From Octopus sinensis (Eukaryota), in the NCBI RefSeq assembly GCF_006345805.1, contig NC_043017.1, forward strand, positions 4,712,001-4,776,000: 64,000 bases of DNA. The letters run 5' to 3'. A program made the translations under genes and the position numbers. Position 1 is the first letter of the stretch. Every line of letters begins with the position of its first letter. The notes under the pieces are model-generated. The model was given only the letters and a program-made list of their open reading frames with translations, made no database searches and was not told the origin of the DNA. This document shows, in pieces, positions 15,076 through 27,856 of this stretch.

Positions 15076-15309
15076 ACGTAAATTCAAAAAGCAAACATAA
15101 AAAGCAACTACACAGAAACAAAATACGATGATTATGATAGGTTAACTCTTGAGAAGTTAGAACAATGTGAAAACGTTTCGGACGTTAGTCTTTCTTCAGA
15201 AAAAAAAAGAGAAACGGAGAAAGAATGATGAGTGGGGTGGGGGGAATAGAGCATTTATTATAGATACAAGAAAACGTTTTTTTTTGTTGTTGTTGTTGTG
15301 TGGTTAAGA

Positions 15310-15532
15310 AGACACCAGCAAAAGAAGAAATAAAGATAGACTTTTTTTCTATTCCAAAGAATGCTTTATCGATCGCATTCTCACCTGGAATCGATTTTTG
15401 TAATTTTTTCAATACTTATACACGCCCTGATACTGTCAGTATCCACATATCAAAATTGAGTGCAATCGAATGGAGGATGCCCAAGATCCTAGAAGACACA
15501 CAGACAGACAGAACGGATTTTATATAATAGAT
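15310..15532 (-). mobile_element. Helitron/Helentron-like non-autonomous element (second copy ~61718-61965)
   Basis: Two diverged copies; minus strand starts ATCTATTATATAAAATCCGTTCTGTCTGTCTG. The class assignment is inferred from the terminus style. Confidence 0.45.
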
Positions 15533-16758
15533 ATGTTGCTACTATTTCACATTTAGAGCCATTTGTAGCATCCTTGTGTAGCAACCATTTAGCCCATTTG
15601 ATCATTTCTTTGTCAGGCTCCATATTTCCTTGCCATACAACAGCACTGATTCAACAGTTGCAGTGAACAGCTTCGTTTTGATTTGCCTGGGCAATTTTGT
15701 GTTCCAGACTCTCTTTAGTTTGTGACAGGCTGTCCATGCTTGTGTCTCCCTGATCTTGATGTCTGCTTCCAAATTCCCCAACCCAATCATCTAAGTATGA
15801 TACTTGGAGTGTTCAACAACATTCAGTTTGGAACCACTCAAAACAGACAGCTCGGCATCATTTGATTGGTTGAAAGACATGTCTTCCGTTTTCTTGACAT
15901 TTGTGTGCAGTCCTACCTTTGCAGCTGATGCTTCTACTTTGCTGAACAGCTGTTGAGCTTGATCTATTAGATATGAGTGATCTATGAGATAAGAGTGCTC
16001 TATCATCTGTGAAGCCCAGGTCTGTGATGGTTACTGCTGGCACTCTCCATGATCATTGCTGGTTTATGATGAAACCAAGGTTTTCATTACTGTTGTCTTT
16101 TGGATTATGTAATGCATAATCCAATACAATTACAAACAGATATGGTGCAAGCGTATCTCCTTGTAGCACCGCAGCTTGTATTTGAAAGAATTCAGAGGGC
16201 CAAAAATTGACTGAAAGAAGGAGAAGCTGCTGGCCCTAATAAAATTCCCACCGAAGTTATCAAGAGGTGCAATCTGGATGAAATAATACTGGATTTTATG
16301 AATAAGCTCTTGCAGACCCCCAAAAGTTCAGATCAGTTGTCTGAGATTAGCTTGATACCAATCCCAGAGTTAGGAAACCTCAGCAATGAAACTAACTACA
16401 GAGGAACTGCACTGTCCAATATCTCACATTAAGTCATCAACTGAATGATCCTCAACAGGATCCAACAGGTGCTTGATAGCCATCTAAGACCAAATCAAAA
16501 TGGATTTAGACCAAGGAGAGCCACACAACATCTCAGATCTTAGCCTGAGGCATATCATAGGAGTGAAATCAAGACTACTACCTGCCATTATAACCCTCGT
16601 GGACTTCAGCAACTGGTTTGGACAGCACCCATTCTTACAAAATATTGAAGATCTTTCAAGCATATTGCATTCCAGAAGAATTAGTTGTTGCTATTGCAAA
16701 GACCTACAAGACGACCAGAATTTGTATGTTGCCATCTGATGGAGAAAGAGAATTCTTT
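15533..16758. mobile_element. RTE-clade LINE reverse transcriptase remnant with internal inversion
   Basis: 16201-16758 (+) encodes KAAGP-KIP...NYRG...MILNRI...RPNQNGFR...VDFS...EFF. 15533-16193 (-) encodes EFFQ...VLQGDTLAPYLF...FTDD...ATVESVLLYG-E-W-LTK...GCYTRML. Stops and frameshifts present. Confidence 0.88.
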
Positions 16759-17120
16759 CGGAATAGCTGTCCCATATACATTGGAACCTTAGGTGTTTTT
16801 ACTCAATAAACACTCACAACACCCAGTCTTGGAATTGAAACCTCGATCCTATGACCATGAGTCCGCTGCCCTAACTACTGGGCCATTGCGCTTCCACAAT
16901 TGACATATACCCATTAGCCCCCAAAATGACACACACACACATATTTCTCATTTATTGCTACCTTAATACAGAAGGTGTTCATGTAATACAAGAATAGTTA
17001 ATCTTATATGAAATGACGTATATTACTGCTGCATGAGATGTTCATCATAAAATTCACATTTAGGCTGATTTTTACATATTAAAGCATATTTTTGTTGCCG
17101 TGAGCTGTACTTGTCAGTAC

Positions 17121-17504
17121 GTGGAGGCGCAATGGCCCAGTGGTTAGGGTAGCGGACTCGCGGTCATAGGATTGCGGTTTCGATTCCCAGACCGGGCGTT
17201 GTGAGTGTTTATTGAGCGAAAACACCTAAAAAAGCTCCACGAGGCTCCAGCAGGGGATGGTGGTGATCCCTGCTGTACTCTTTCACCACAACTTTCTCTC
17301 ACTCTTACTTCCTGTTTCTGTTGTACCTGTATTTCAAGGGGCCGGCCTTGTCACTCTCTGTGTCACGCTGAATATCCTCGAGAACTACGTTAAGGGTGCA
17401 CGTGTCTGTGGAGTGCTCAGCCACTTACACGTTAATTTCATGAGCAGGCTGTTCCGTTGATTCGGATCAACCGGAACCCTCATCGTCGTAATCGACGGAG
17501 TGCT
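17121..17504 (+). mobile_element. tRNA-derived SINE family C (also 39727-40106, 7644-7945; head at ~16790-16895 minus)
   Basis: A-box TGGCCCAGTGG and B-box GGTTTCGATTCC; near-identical ~380-bp copies; the 39727 copy has an 11-bp TSD AGTCGATGCAT (39716-39726 and 40107-40117). Confidence 0.85.
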
Positions 17505-18432
17505 AAAGAGACTTCTCAGTACAGTTCACACAAAGTCCTAATCATGCCACCAGACTATCACGTGACACAGGAAAAATGTGTCGAAGCCAGCAGGAAGCGT
17601 CGATGCTTCCTAGGGCTAAACAGCGGTGGTGTAACCTCCTACTGTCACGTTGCGTTAGATTGACAGTATACAACCATTCTATCGCCCCACCACCGTACAT
17701 ATCTCTATGAGAGATTTAGAAATTTAATATTTCCGAAAAAAGCATTGATTGGACTGAAATGGGGGTTTGCACACATGATCAACTCGTGATTTCCCTGTAG
17801 TCAAACGTGGGGTCGAATTCAACTGTTATAACACCCAAATCATTTACCTAGGGAACATGTGAAAGCAGGGATGAATGAAGGGACATTGATTGTCGATGGT
17901 TAAATACGTGTCAGTCGATCCAGAAGGCGGAGCTTCACATCATTGATAGGGGGGATCGGTGCTCTGTAAAGCCGTCGAGAGGAAGGCCCCTACCGACCCT
18001 GAAACAGACCCCATTCTCCCAGATGACTGCTGAAACCTACCTGACGCTCAGAATGCGAAGATTTCGATTCCAGTATTTGTACAAACAAGCTGTACGCAAG
18101 CATCTGAAAACAAATATTCGATACTGCCGACATGAGACTGAGTATCTCCCAAAGCTAACGGTGGACTCAGATTCCTGGTGTAACAGTCCTTGTTTGTCCC
18201 CTCTATGTTTAGCCCCTTGTGGGTAATAACGAAATATATATGAAAATAGACGCAATAAAAAACGTGGAAATGGCTCAAGGGAAATGACTCGATTTATTTC
18301 ACTACAGTTATTTCCCTTTAAAGGTTGTTTTGGTAACGTATATACAACATGGCCGATTGATAGTACTTAAAGAATTCTATTTATTTATACATATTTACTT
18401 ACGTGTACATATATTTAGTCATCGCATTAAAC

Positions 18433-18552
18433 ATGCCACCCTTTGAGAGAATGCATCCAATGTTTTATGCTATAAGTAACTTTAGACGAAGAAAATTCAA
18501 AGAATGCGCCGAATTATGCACCAGTATTCTTGAAAAAACGCCCTATGACGAG
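18433..18552 (+). CDS. TTC8: Tetratricopeptide repeat protein 8 (BBSome subunit BBS8), exon 1
   Basis: MPPFERMHPMFYAISNFRRRKFKECAELCTSILEKTPYDE, donor GTAAAT; matches recalled S-FRRRKF--C--LC---LEK-PYD. The start could instead be ATG 18451. Confidence 0.9.
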
Positions 18553-19083
18553 GTAAATAACGCTATTCATTTGACAACAATGGCCGCGAAAGATTTTAAC
18601 TTGTTGCTTGTTTGAATTCTTTTGATTATTTCATTTAATTATTTCTTTTATTCTAGATTTCTATTTAGTTACTGAACGTAGATTAAGCAAATACAAATGG
18701 AGAAGATATTTTAAAGCCTCATCGTCACTGTTATGTCCCTCATTATGACGATATATTTCGTTTCGGGGTCGATTAAATAAGTACCAGTTACGCACTGGGG
18801 TCGATATAATCGACTTAATCCGTTTGTCTGTCCTGTTTGTCCTCTCTGTGTTTAGCCCCTTGTGGGTAGTAAAGAAATAGATATATTTCGTTGTCTGTGG
18901 GACTGACCCAAACAACGTACCTCACTGACCGACATTACTGACTGTGTCCGTCCACTATTTATTAGGAGTGGACCAGCCCACTTCTCTACCTGGGGTCATC
19001 TGCCACAACAATTACATAAAATTAAAAGCAGTTTTTTTTTCTCAAACATCTAGAATTATTATTTTTTTTTTGTTCTGGTTTAG

Positions 19084-19271
19084 GCAGCCTGGTCATTGAA
19101 AACACGGGCATTGACTGAGCAGGTTTATGTCGACGATGCAGATTTGGAAGAAGAAACAATTGCAGAGAGTATTCTTGATGAAAATGCCCTTGCTCAGAAT
19201 GTACGTCCAGGGACTTCATTGCAATCAAGCTCACTGGAATCCAGGCCGGATGGTATAAACCCTGCAATCAG
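19084..19271 (+). CDS. TTC8: TTC8 exon 2
   Basis: AAWSLKTRALTEQVYVDD...ILDENALAQNVRPGTSL...PAI(R); AG/GT; phase 0 to 2. Confidence 0.95.
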
Positions 19272-20437
19272 GTTTGTTTCTCTTCCTTCAGTTTATTATT
19301 GTCGTTATTGTTTTTTCTTTATGTTTATCAGAGTTGACTTTGCCTTCTATCTTTTCAGGTTTAATAAAACATTGAGGTTTTTAATCACTTCTACCTCTAC
19401 CCCTGGGGCAAGTGTGGGTGTGTGGTTAAGAAGCTTGCTTTCCAGCCATGTGGTTTTGAGTTCAGTCCCATTGTGTGGCACTTTGGGCCAGTGTCTTCTG
19501 CTTTAACTTTGTGTTGACCAAAGTCTTGTCAGTGGGGTTGGTAAGCAGAAACTAGAAGAAGTCCATTGTGTGCATGTGTGTGTATACATAGATGCAAATA
19601 CAGATATATTCATATATACATTCACACGTACACTTTTATATCTATATATGTGTGTGTGTCTCAGTATCATGAGATGTTTGCAAACGAGCATCACCATCAT
19701 ACAAGCGATGTTGTTCGTTTCTTGTTTTCTGTGAAAGACTCATGTCTGGCCATGAGGAAATATTACCTTAGCTGGAAATAGGTGAGGGTTGGTCCCAGGA
19801 AGGGCATCCGGCAGTGGAAAAATCTACCTCAACAAAATTCTGTCTGACATCGGCCATATGTGGCTGATGCCAATGCCGCCTTGACTGGCTTCCGCGTCAG
19901 TGGCACCTAAAAACCACCAACTGATTGTGGCTGTTGCCAGCCTCCCCTGGCACCTGTGCTGGTGGCACATAAAATGTCTTTGGAAATGTTTTCTTTCTGA
20001 TATTGATACATCATCATCATCATTTAGCGTCCGCTTTCCATGCTAGCATGGGTTGAACAGTTCGACCAGGGGCTGCACCAGGCTCCAGTCTGATCTGGCA
20101 GAGTTTCTACAGCTGGATGCCCTTCCTAACGCCAACCACTCCATGAGTGTAGTGGGTGCTTTTTACGTGCTACTGGCACAGGTGCCAGGGGAGGCTGGCA
20201 GCGGCCATGATCGGTTGGTGCATTTTACGTGCCACCGGTACGGAAGCCAGTCAAGGCCACGCTGGCATCAGCCACGTTCGGATGGTGCTTTTTACGTGCC
20301 ACCGGCACAGGTATCACAACTATTGGTCAATGTCTTAAAATAAGGAGAACCAGAGGAAATTTTCCAAGAAAGCATTAATAATATATTATTTGATTGGAGT
20401 GAAGTGTTTCTCATGTGCTTTTATGTGTATTTGACAG

Positions 20438-20597
20438 ACCTGTGACACAGTCTGGCCGTCCAGTGACTGGTTTTATTCGTCCAGGAACTCAGTCAAGCAG
20501 ACCAGGCACCATGGAGTCAGCACTTCAGACTGCACGCACTGCACACACAGCTCGGCCAGTCAGCTCAACATCTGCTAGATATGTGCGGCTGGGGACA
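20438..20597 (+). CDS. TTC8: TTC8 exon 3
   Basis: PVTQSGRPVTGFIRPGTQSSRPGTMESALQTARTAHTARPVSSTSARYVRLGT; phase 2 to 0. Confidence 0.95.
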
Positions 20598-21158
20598 GTA
20601 AGTAGATTTTGTTTTTTCTTTCTATTAACTCTTTAGCATTCAGATTTCTTTCTGTCAAATGCTTATTTATTCACATCATCATCATCATCATCAACATCGT
20701 TTAACATCTGCTTTCCATGCTAGCATGGGTTGGACGATTTGACTGAGGACTGGCGAACCAGATGGCTGCTCCAGGCTCCAATCTTGATCTGGCAGAGTTT
20801 CTACAGCTGGATGCCCTTCCTAATGCCAACCACTCTGTGAATGCAGTGGGTGCTTTTACGTGCCACCGGCATTAGGACCAGTTAGACGGTACTGGCAATG
20901 GCCACGCTCAAATGGTGCTTTTTATGTGCCACCTGCACAGGACCCAGTCCGGTGGCACTGGCAACGACCTCGCTCGAATGTTTTTTCACCTGCCTCCAGC
21001 ACAAGTGCCAGCAATGCTTATAAGCAACTTCACACTGGTCAGGTTGATGGTCAGATGTGGAGCAAAAGGTTGACTGTCCAGTTCCTAGCTACGCTAGTGT
21101 TACCAAGCAATCATTTATTCAAGGATTTAATTAACGTTGCTGTTTTCTTTCGTTGCAG

Positions 21159-21293
21159 GCGTCCATGGTTTCCTCACCTGATGGTGCTTTCATCAATTTG
21201 GCCCGTTTGAACTTGAATAAATACTCACTTCGTCCGGAATTATCCAAGTCTCTCTTTGAATATATTTTCTATCATGAGAATGACATTCGAACA
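21159..21293 (+). CDS. TTC8: TTC8 exon 4
   Basis: ASMVSSPDGAFINLARLNLNKYSLRPELSKSLFEYIFYHENDIRT; phase 0 to 0. Confidence 0.95.
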
Positions 21294-21596
21294 GTAAGAG
21301 TATCATTTTTTTCCTTTTTCTTTTTACTTAGGTAATGTGAAGATGAACATATTCTCAACTGTGTCTTGGTAGATATGGATGTCTGTACTCTTCATTTAGA
21401 AATAAAAGTTCCAAGTTCAAATCCAGCCTGTGCCAATGTGTATATTCATGAATAAATCACTAATAACAACTGAAAATCGAATTGATCGAAGAAGAATATA
21501 AATGTAAATGTTGGTCTGAAATTTTGGCACAAGGCCAGCAAATTTGGGAAAGGTGTAATTCGATTATGTCGACCCCAGTATTCAACTGGTACTTAT

Positions 21597-21663
21597 TTTA
21601 TTGACCCCTAAAGGATAAAAGGCAAAGGTCTACTTTGCCTTTTATCCTTTAGGGGTCAATAAA
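21597..21663. repeat. Perfect 31-bp hairpin with 5-nt loop in TTC8 intron 4
   Basis: TTTATTGACCCCTAAAGGATAAAAGGCAAAG-GTCTA-CTTTGCCTTTTATCCTTTAGGGGTCAATAAA. Confidence 0.97.
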
Positions 21664-22200
21664 TATATATATATATATATATATATATTTTGTTTTATGT
21701 TTTATCTTTTACTTGTTTCAGCCATGGGGCTGTGGCCATGCTGAGGCATCTTAGTGCTTATTTTTTAAAGTCTGGTACTTATTTTATCAATCGCTTTTGC
21801 TGAACCACTAAGTTACAGGGATGTAAACAAACCAACACCAGCCGTCAAGTGATGGGTGCGGGGGACAGACATATACACAAAACGTTGTGTGTGTGTGTGT
21901 GTATGTGTGTATGTGTTCTTCCGTTACTTGACAACCAGTGTTGGTTCAGTTATGTTTCTGTAACTTAGCAGCTCAACAAAATACATCGATAGAATAAGAT
22001 TTTGAAAATAGAAGCACTGAGGTTTATTTGTTCAACTAAACCCTTCATGATGGTGCCCCAGTATGGTTTGCAGTCCAGCGATTGAAACAAGCTAAAGTTT
22101 AAAAATGCAGGCCATTAAACCACAACGGATGTGAAGAAGGAAGAAGATGTCGATGAAGACCGTCCATGTTTTCATCTTTCCGTTTATGTTTATTTGACAG

Positions 22201-22286
22201 GCTTCAAAGTTTGCAAATATGGCCTTGAAAAACAGCAAGGACCAGGTCTGGTGGTGGCAATTCCATTATGCCAAGTGCTGCTACAG
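22201..22286 (+). CDS. TTC8: TTC8 exon 5 (diverged)
   Basis: ttgacag acceptor and GTGATT donor; ASKFANMALKNSKDQVWWWQFHYAKCCY(R) keeps the WWW...KC-YR motif and the required phase 0 to 2. Confidence 0.85.
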
Positions 22287-22683
22287 GTGATTGCTCTTTT
22301 ACCTTTATCTCTCTCCTCATCACCTGTCACTCCATCTGTGTGTGTGTGTGTGTGCACGCGCGCGCATGTGTGTATATATTCTGAGCTGGCAGAATCGTTA
22401 GCACGCCGGGTGAAATGCTTAGCAGTATTTCGTCTGCCACTACATTCTGAGTTCAAATTCCGCCGAGGTCGACTTTGCCTTTCATCCTTTCGGGGTCGAT
22501 AAATAAAGTATCAGTTTTGCACTGGGGTCGTTGTAATCGACTTAATCCCTTTGTCTGTCCTTGTTTGTCTCCTTTATGTTTAGCCCCTTGTGGGCAATAA
22601 AGAAATATATATATATGTCTATGTATGTATGTGTATATATGTAGATGTGTGTGTATGTATATATGTATGTATATATACATACC

Positions 22684-22747
<64 letters not shown>

Positions 22748-23514
22748 CACCAGGGAGGTGGTTTTATCATCATCATCATCATTTAACGTCTGCTTTCCAT
22801 GCTTGCTTGGCTTGGATGGTTTGACTGGAACTGGTAAGTCAGAGGGCTGCACCAGGTTCCAATCTGAATCGGCATGGTTTTCTACACCTCGATGCCCTTC
22901 CTAATGCCAACCACCCCAAGAGTGTTAAGGGTACAATTTACATACCACCTGCACGGGTGCCATTTGAATGACTCTGGCAATGGCCACAACTACGATTTCA
23001 TGGGTGCCATGTACGTGACGCAGGCTTCTTTTAGTTTCCCTCTGAAATCCACTCACAGGCTTTTGCTGACCTGAGGCTATAGCGAAAGATATGCAATGTG
23101 TCACACAATGGGACTGAACCCAGAACCGTGTGGTTGGGAAGCAAATATCTTACCACGCAGCCACAACAAGCTTCGACACTAAATTCTGTCGACCAAATTT
23201 ATTTGCAAAGCATTGGGTTTTAGTAGAAAACACTTGCCCAAGGTGTCATGCAGTGGGAGTGAACCTGAAGCATATTTTTATTTTAATTCCAATTTTAAAA
23301 TGTTGTTTTATGTTCTATTGTGTCTGGGGAGAGTCATTTTCTTTTTGTGCCTTATTTTGTAACATACTCACCGCTAAAATTTCCACTTTTTTCTTATTTT
23401 TATTGTCCTAAAATTTTCGTTGCGTCTTGCAACCTTTTCAATACAAACTCATATAAAGAATCTTGCAAACCAAATCCCAAAACGTTGTATTATGTGTTAT
23501 TCTATTTTGTACAG

Positions 23515-23713
23515 GATGGGTCTGTATCGTGATGCTGAGGTGTATTTGAAGCAAGCCCTGAGTGAACAAGAGACTGTGGCCATTTATCATTACATCAGTA
23601 AAGTCTACGTGAAGTTGGACCAGCCTCTCAACGCCATCGACATGTACAAAAGTGGCTTGAACAGGTTTGCAGGAGAGGTAACTCTGCTGATTGGCATTGC
23701 CAGGATTTATGAA
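23515..23713 (+). CDS. TTC8: TTC8 exon 6
   Basis: MGLYRDAEVYLKQAL...KVYVKLDQPLNAI...GEVTLLIGIARIYE; TPR motifs; phase 2 to 0. Confidence 0.95.
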
Positions 23714-24005
23714 GTAAGTTGGTTTAATTATTAAGTCAGAGTTTTGAGCATAAATTCACATGGAAGTTTGATAGAAAGTTTAAACTGGTTTCAAATTTTG
23801 ACACAAAGCCAGCAATTTGGTGGGAGGGGATAAGTCAATTACATTGACCACAATTATCAACTGGTACTTATTTTATCTATCCCAAAAGGATGAAAGACAA
23901 AGTTGACTGTGGCAGAATTTGAACTCAGAATGTAAAGACAGATGAAATACTTAGAAAATTACTATTTTTAAATCTCACAACGAAAGACCTTCAGCAACAG
24001 TACTT

Positions 24006-24184
24006 TGGAGTAAAAATTTTTGCCAACATACATGGCAGTCCTGGTTTAGTCCTTGTTTGAAAATATAAGGACACAGATCGTGTCATATAGTCAACTGGAG
24101 ATGATGTCTCCTGGGGTTAAATTACAGCAACATTCGTCCTAAACCAGGACTGCCCATGTTATGTTGGTAAAAATCTTTACTCCA
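24006..24184. mobile_element. MITE-like element with ~45-bp imperfect inverted ends
   Basis: TGGAGTAAAAATTTTTGCCAACATACATGGCAGTCCTGGTTTAG pairs with CTAAACCAGGACTGCCCATGTTATGTTGGTAAAAATCTTTACTCCA. Confidence 0.65.
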
Positions 24185-24257
24185 GATGAAATAATGTTAA
24201 GCATTTTGCCTGCTACAGTTACAATTCCAACAGCTTGGAATATTTAAATTAATTATT

Positions 24258-24437
24258 CATCATCATCATCATCATCATTTAGCGTCCGTTTTCCATGCTA
24301 GCATGGGTTGGACGGTTCGACTGGGGTCTGTGAAGCCGGACGGCTGCATCAGGCCCAGTCAGATCTGGCAGTGTTTCTACGGCTGGATGCCCTTCCTAAT
24401 GCCAACCACTCCGTGAGTGTAGTGGGTGCTTTTTACG
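24258..24437 (-). mobile_element. (GAT)n-tailed short retroposon family D (also ~1682-1845, ~4600-4820 +, ~20008-20300, ~20680-20960, ~22765-22960, ~29910-30280)
   Basis: Shared TTAGGAAGGGCATCCAGC..GTAGAAAC core and AACCCATGC.AGCATGGAAA.CGGACG.TAAATGATGATG end. Confidence 0.75.
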
Positions 24438-25944
24438 AATATTATTGAATATTTAAATTAAGAACACTGTAAAAACACGATGTTTGTATCGTAGAACGTA
24501 GGTCAGTCTCAGGAAGTTTGGTATCGAAAGGGTTAATATTGATGGAATCAGGGTAACACACTTTGTTATTGAATTTGTTCCGATATAATTTGACATCATC
24601 ACCTGGTCTTTGGCAGCTGTTTGGAAAGTCCATATTCTTGCAAGCATTCAAACTGGATTTCTGGTCTGAAGATAACCTGTTCTCTTCGATCTGTTGGTCC
24701 AGTGGAAGAGATCATGCTGACCTTCCATTAATTAATCAAATCTACCAAGTTTATGAATGGAATTAGTTGTCTTGTAGCTTATCGATTTTGCTGCTTGTCA
24801 ATATTCTTCTATTTGTGTCAGAAGTCAATTCCCAGTGAAATACTGATTTCATAAATTGGCACTAATACCAAAAATGTGTCAGAGACATCAGCACAAGACT
24901 CTTGGGATGGGCAAAACTAATAAGACATGAACAAAGAATCTTGGAAGATGGAATAATATATTGGCAGACATGAAGTCTGGTGCTTTGCTGTTTACTTTCC
25001 ATCTTTCTTATTCCAAATAAAACAATACTATAAGATGGATTACGTATTTCAGTATATTTGGTTCTCTGTCTTTGGAAAATTCTATAATATTTTGTTGATT
25101 ATCTTTAAAAAAATTAATGAATAACTAAATAATTATGTACAGACTGTATAAGAGAGAGAAATGTTGTATTACTAAGAGGGAGCTAATGTAGCCATGCTGG
25201 AGCACCGCTGTAAAGTGTTTTTGTTGAACAATTCAACCCAAGGGCTTATTTTTAAGCTTAGCACTTATTCTATTGTCTCTTTCCCGAACCGCTAAGTTAT
25301 GGGGATGTAAACACAACAACACAGGTTGTCAAGTGATGAAGGGGGGGAACAAACACATACAGAAAGATACACACACACACATACACATGTAGCAAAAATA
25401 GCAGGGGATTATCAATCTGGGCATAATACTTCATAAGCTCTCTGTTGACTCACCAGGCTAACAGTATTACTTAGATTGGCACGGTTCTTACGGCTGGATG
25501 TCCTTCCAAATGCCAAGCAGGTCACAGAACAGAATTACTTTCACCTTTTTTTGTTAGAATTATTTAACTTTAATGTTTTCTATTTCCTTGTTGTTATTTT
25601 GGGTTTGTTTTATTTTCATTTCTCTTTATTGTTGCTGTTGTGGTTGTTGTTGTAGTAGTAGTAGTAGTCATAGTCCATATTCTTTCTTTTCTTTTTCCCC
25701 TGAATTCTTTCTTTCTCATTTATCTTTTCTGTCTACTTTGCTTCCTCTTCATCTTATCTGCTCTCTTCTTCCCCCCTCCCCCCCCTCCTCCCTCTTTTCT
25801 GTCTTCTTTTCTCTTTTTCTTTCCTTCTCTCTTCTCTTTCCTTTTTTTCTTTCTTTTAGCTTCCGTATCTCGTCTCATCTCTGTTTATGAATTCTTCTTC
25901 TTCTTCTTCTTCTTCCTCTTCTCCTCCCTTTTTTTAATTGTCAG

Positions 25945-26084
25945 AGCCTGAACCAGCTGGAAGAGTCTGTGAAGTACTACCGCAAGGTGCTGGAATTGGA
26001 CAGCATGCAAGTGGAAGCCATAGCGTGTATTGCCACAAACCATTTCTACAACGATCAGCCTGAAGTGGCCCTCAAGTACTTCAG
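25945..26084 (+). CDS. TTC8: TTC8 exon 7
   Basis: SLNQLEESVKYYRKVLELDSMQVEAIACIATNHFYNDQPEVALKYF(R); phase 0 to 2. Confidence 0.95.
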
Positions 26085-27149
26085 GTAGGGCTGAAGGACG
26101 GATTCGATTGCTTGGGGCACGAAAGGAGAGAGGGTGGGAGGGATGTAGAAAGGAGGGAGAGGTAGGAGAGATGGAGAAGGGAGAGTGAAAAAGAGAGAGA
26201 AATGGAGAGAAGGTGAGAAAGGAAAAAGATGAGAAACAGAGGGAGGCTGGGAGAGCAGTAGGGGTAGGAGAGATGGAGAAGGGAGAATGAGAGAGATGGA
26301 GTGAGTGAGAGAGAGAGAGAGAGAGAGAGGGTGAGAATGAAAAAGATGAGAAACAGGGAAGCAGAGGGGGAGAGGGAGAAGGTATTTTATCTTTTACTTG
26401 TTTCAGTTGTTGGAGTGTGGTCATACTGGAGCATTGTTTTGAATTGTTTAGGCGAACATCACAAATTACACAACATGCATAAAACATTTCACATCACACA
26501 TTTCACATCACACATTTCACATCACACATTTCACATCACGCATTAACTCATCATGCATTAACTCATTAACTCCTTGAACAACATACATTTACTCAATACG
26601 CATTTTTAATACAGGCTGTTCAAAAAGTCTCTCCACAGTAAGTATTTTATTGCAAAATATTTATAAGATGGAATAAGACTACAAAAGAATATATTAGACT
26701 TTACAAGACTTTAAAAAACTTTATAAGTAGTGTTGAAACTGTCATCCTTCATTCTACACGTTTTGAAATGACTATTTTAATGTAATACTGCCTCAATCCC
26801 ATACTGGGTGCTTGTGTGTCTTCTGGTGTTAACATCACCCAACAGTTGTAAATGAACATCACCATTATTCAAACAGTGGCCTTTGTTACCAGTCTGCTAT
26901 GAAATTATGTCTTGCTTGGAAAACATTTGAGGGTTGGTGACAGCAAGGGCATCTGGCCATATAAAATCTGCATCAACGAATCCTGTCTGACCTATGCAAG
27001 CATGGAAAAAAAATGGACATTAAAACCACAATAGTAATGATGATATATACACACATATACACACATATATAAATTAAACGTATATAGATGCATGCTCGGT
27101 AGTATTTAACCTCTTCTAATATGACAATTCCTTTTGACTTTCTGTGTAG

Positions 27150-27324
27150 GCGGCTGCTCCAGATGGGGGTGTACAAGTCTGAGTTGTTCTGCAACATGGG
27201 CCTTTGTTGTTTCTATGCCCAGCAGTTTGATATGGTAATGGTGTGTTTCAGCAAGGCCTTGGCTTTGGCTGATGACAACATGGTTCTGGCAGATATCTGG
27301 TACAATGTGGGACATGTAGCCATT
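27150..27324 (+). CDS. TTC8: TTC8 exon 8
   Basis: RLLQMGVYKSELFCNMGLCCFYAQQFDM...ADIWYNVGHVAI; phase 2 to 0. Confidence 0.95.
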
Positions 27325-27856
27325 GTAAGTTGCTCTTTTTCCCTCTCTCTTCTCACTCTCCTTATGTTTATATTCCTCTCTACTGTTATTCTCATGTTTA
27401 CATTCTTCTCCACTGTTATTCCCATGTTTTATATTCTTCCCTGCTGTTATTCTTATATTCTTATCCACCATCATTCCCATGTTTATATTCTTCTGTACTG
27501 TTATTCTCATATTTTATATTCTTCTCTATTTCTGTGTTTATGATATATATTTTGTATTGAAACTCATTGAGCCCTGGGGGTGAGGCAATTGACTCTCCCC
27601 CACCTCAGGAACTACTGTCTCTGTGCCAAAATTTGAAAATAAGGTGGTGGACCAACAGACTTGTTATAATGCCAGGCAAAATGCCTTAGCAGCATTTTCT
27701 CCATTTTTACGTCCTGAGTTCAAAATTCATTGAGGTCAACTGTGCCTTTCATCCCTTTCAGGGTCGATAATGCAAGTACCAGTTGAACACTAGGGTTGAT
27801 ACAATCAACTAGACCACTCCTATGAAATTGCTGGCCTTGTGCCAAAATATGGAATT

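Noticed and set aside
17121-17195. tRNA gene
   Set aside because: tRNA-like head of a multi-copy SINE continuing into ~300 bp of shared body; no complete cloverleaf or terminator.
17780-18200. Possible Tx1/L1-like C-terminal remnant upstream of TTC8
   Set aside because: Only vague motif resemblance across broken frames.
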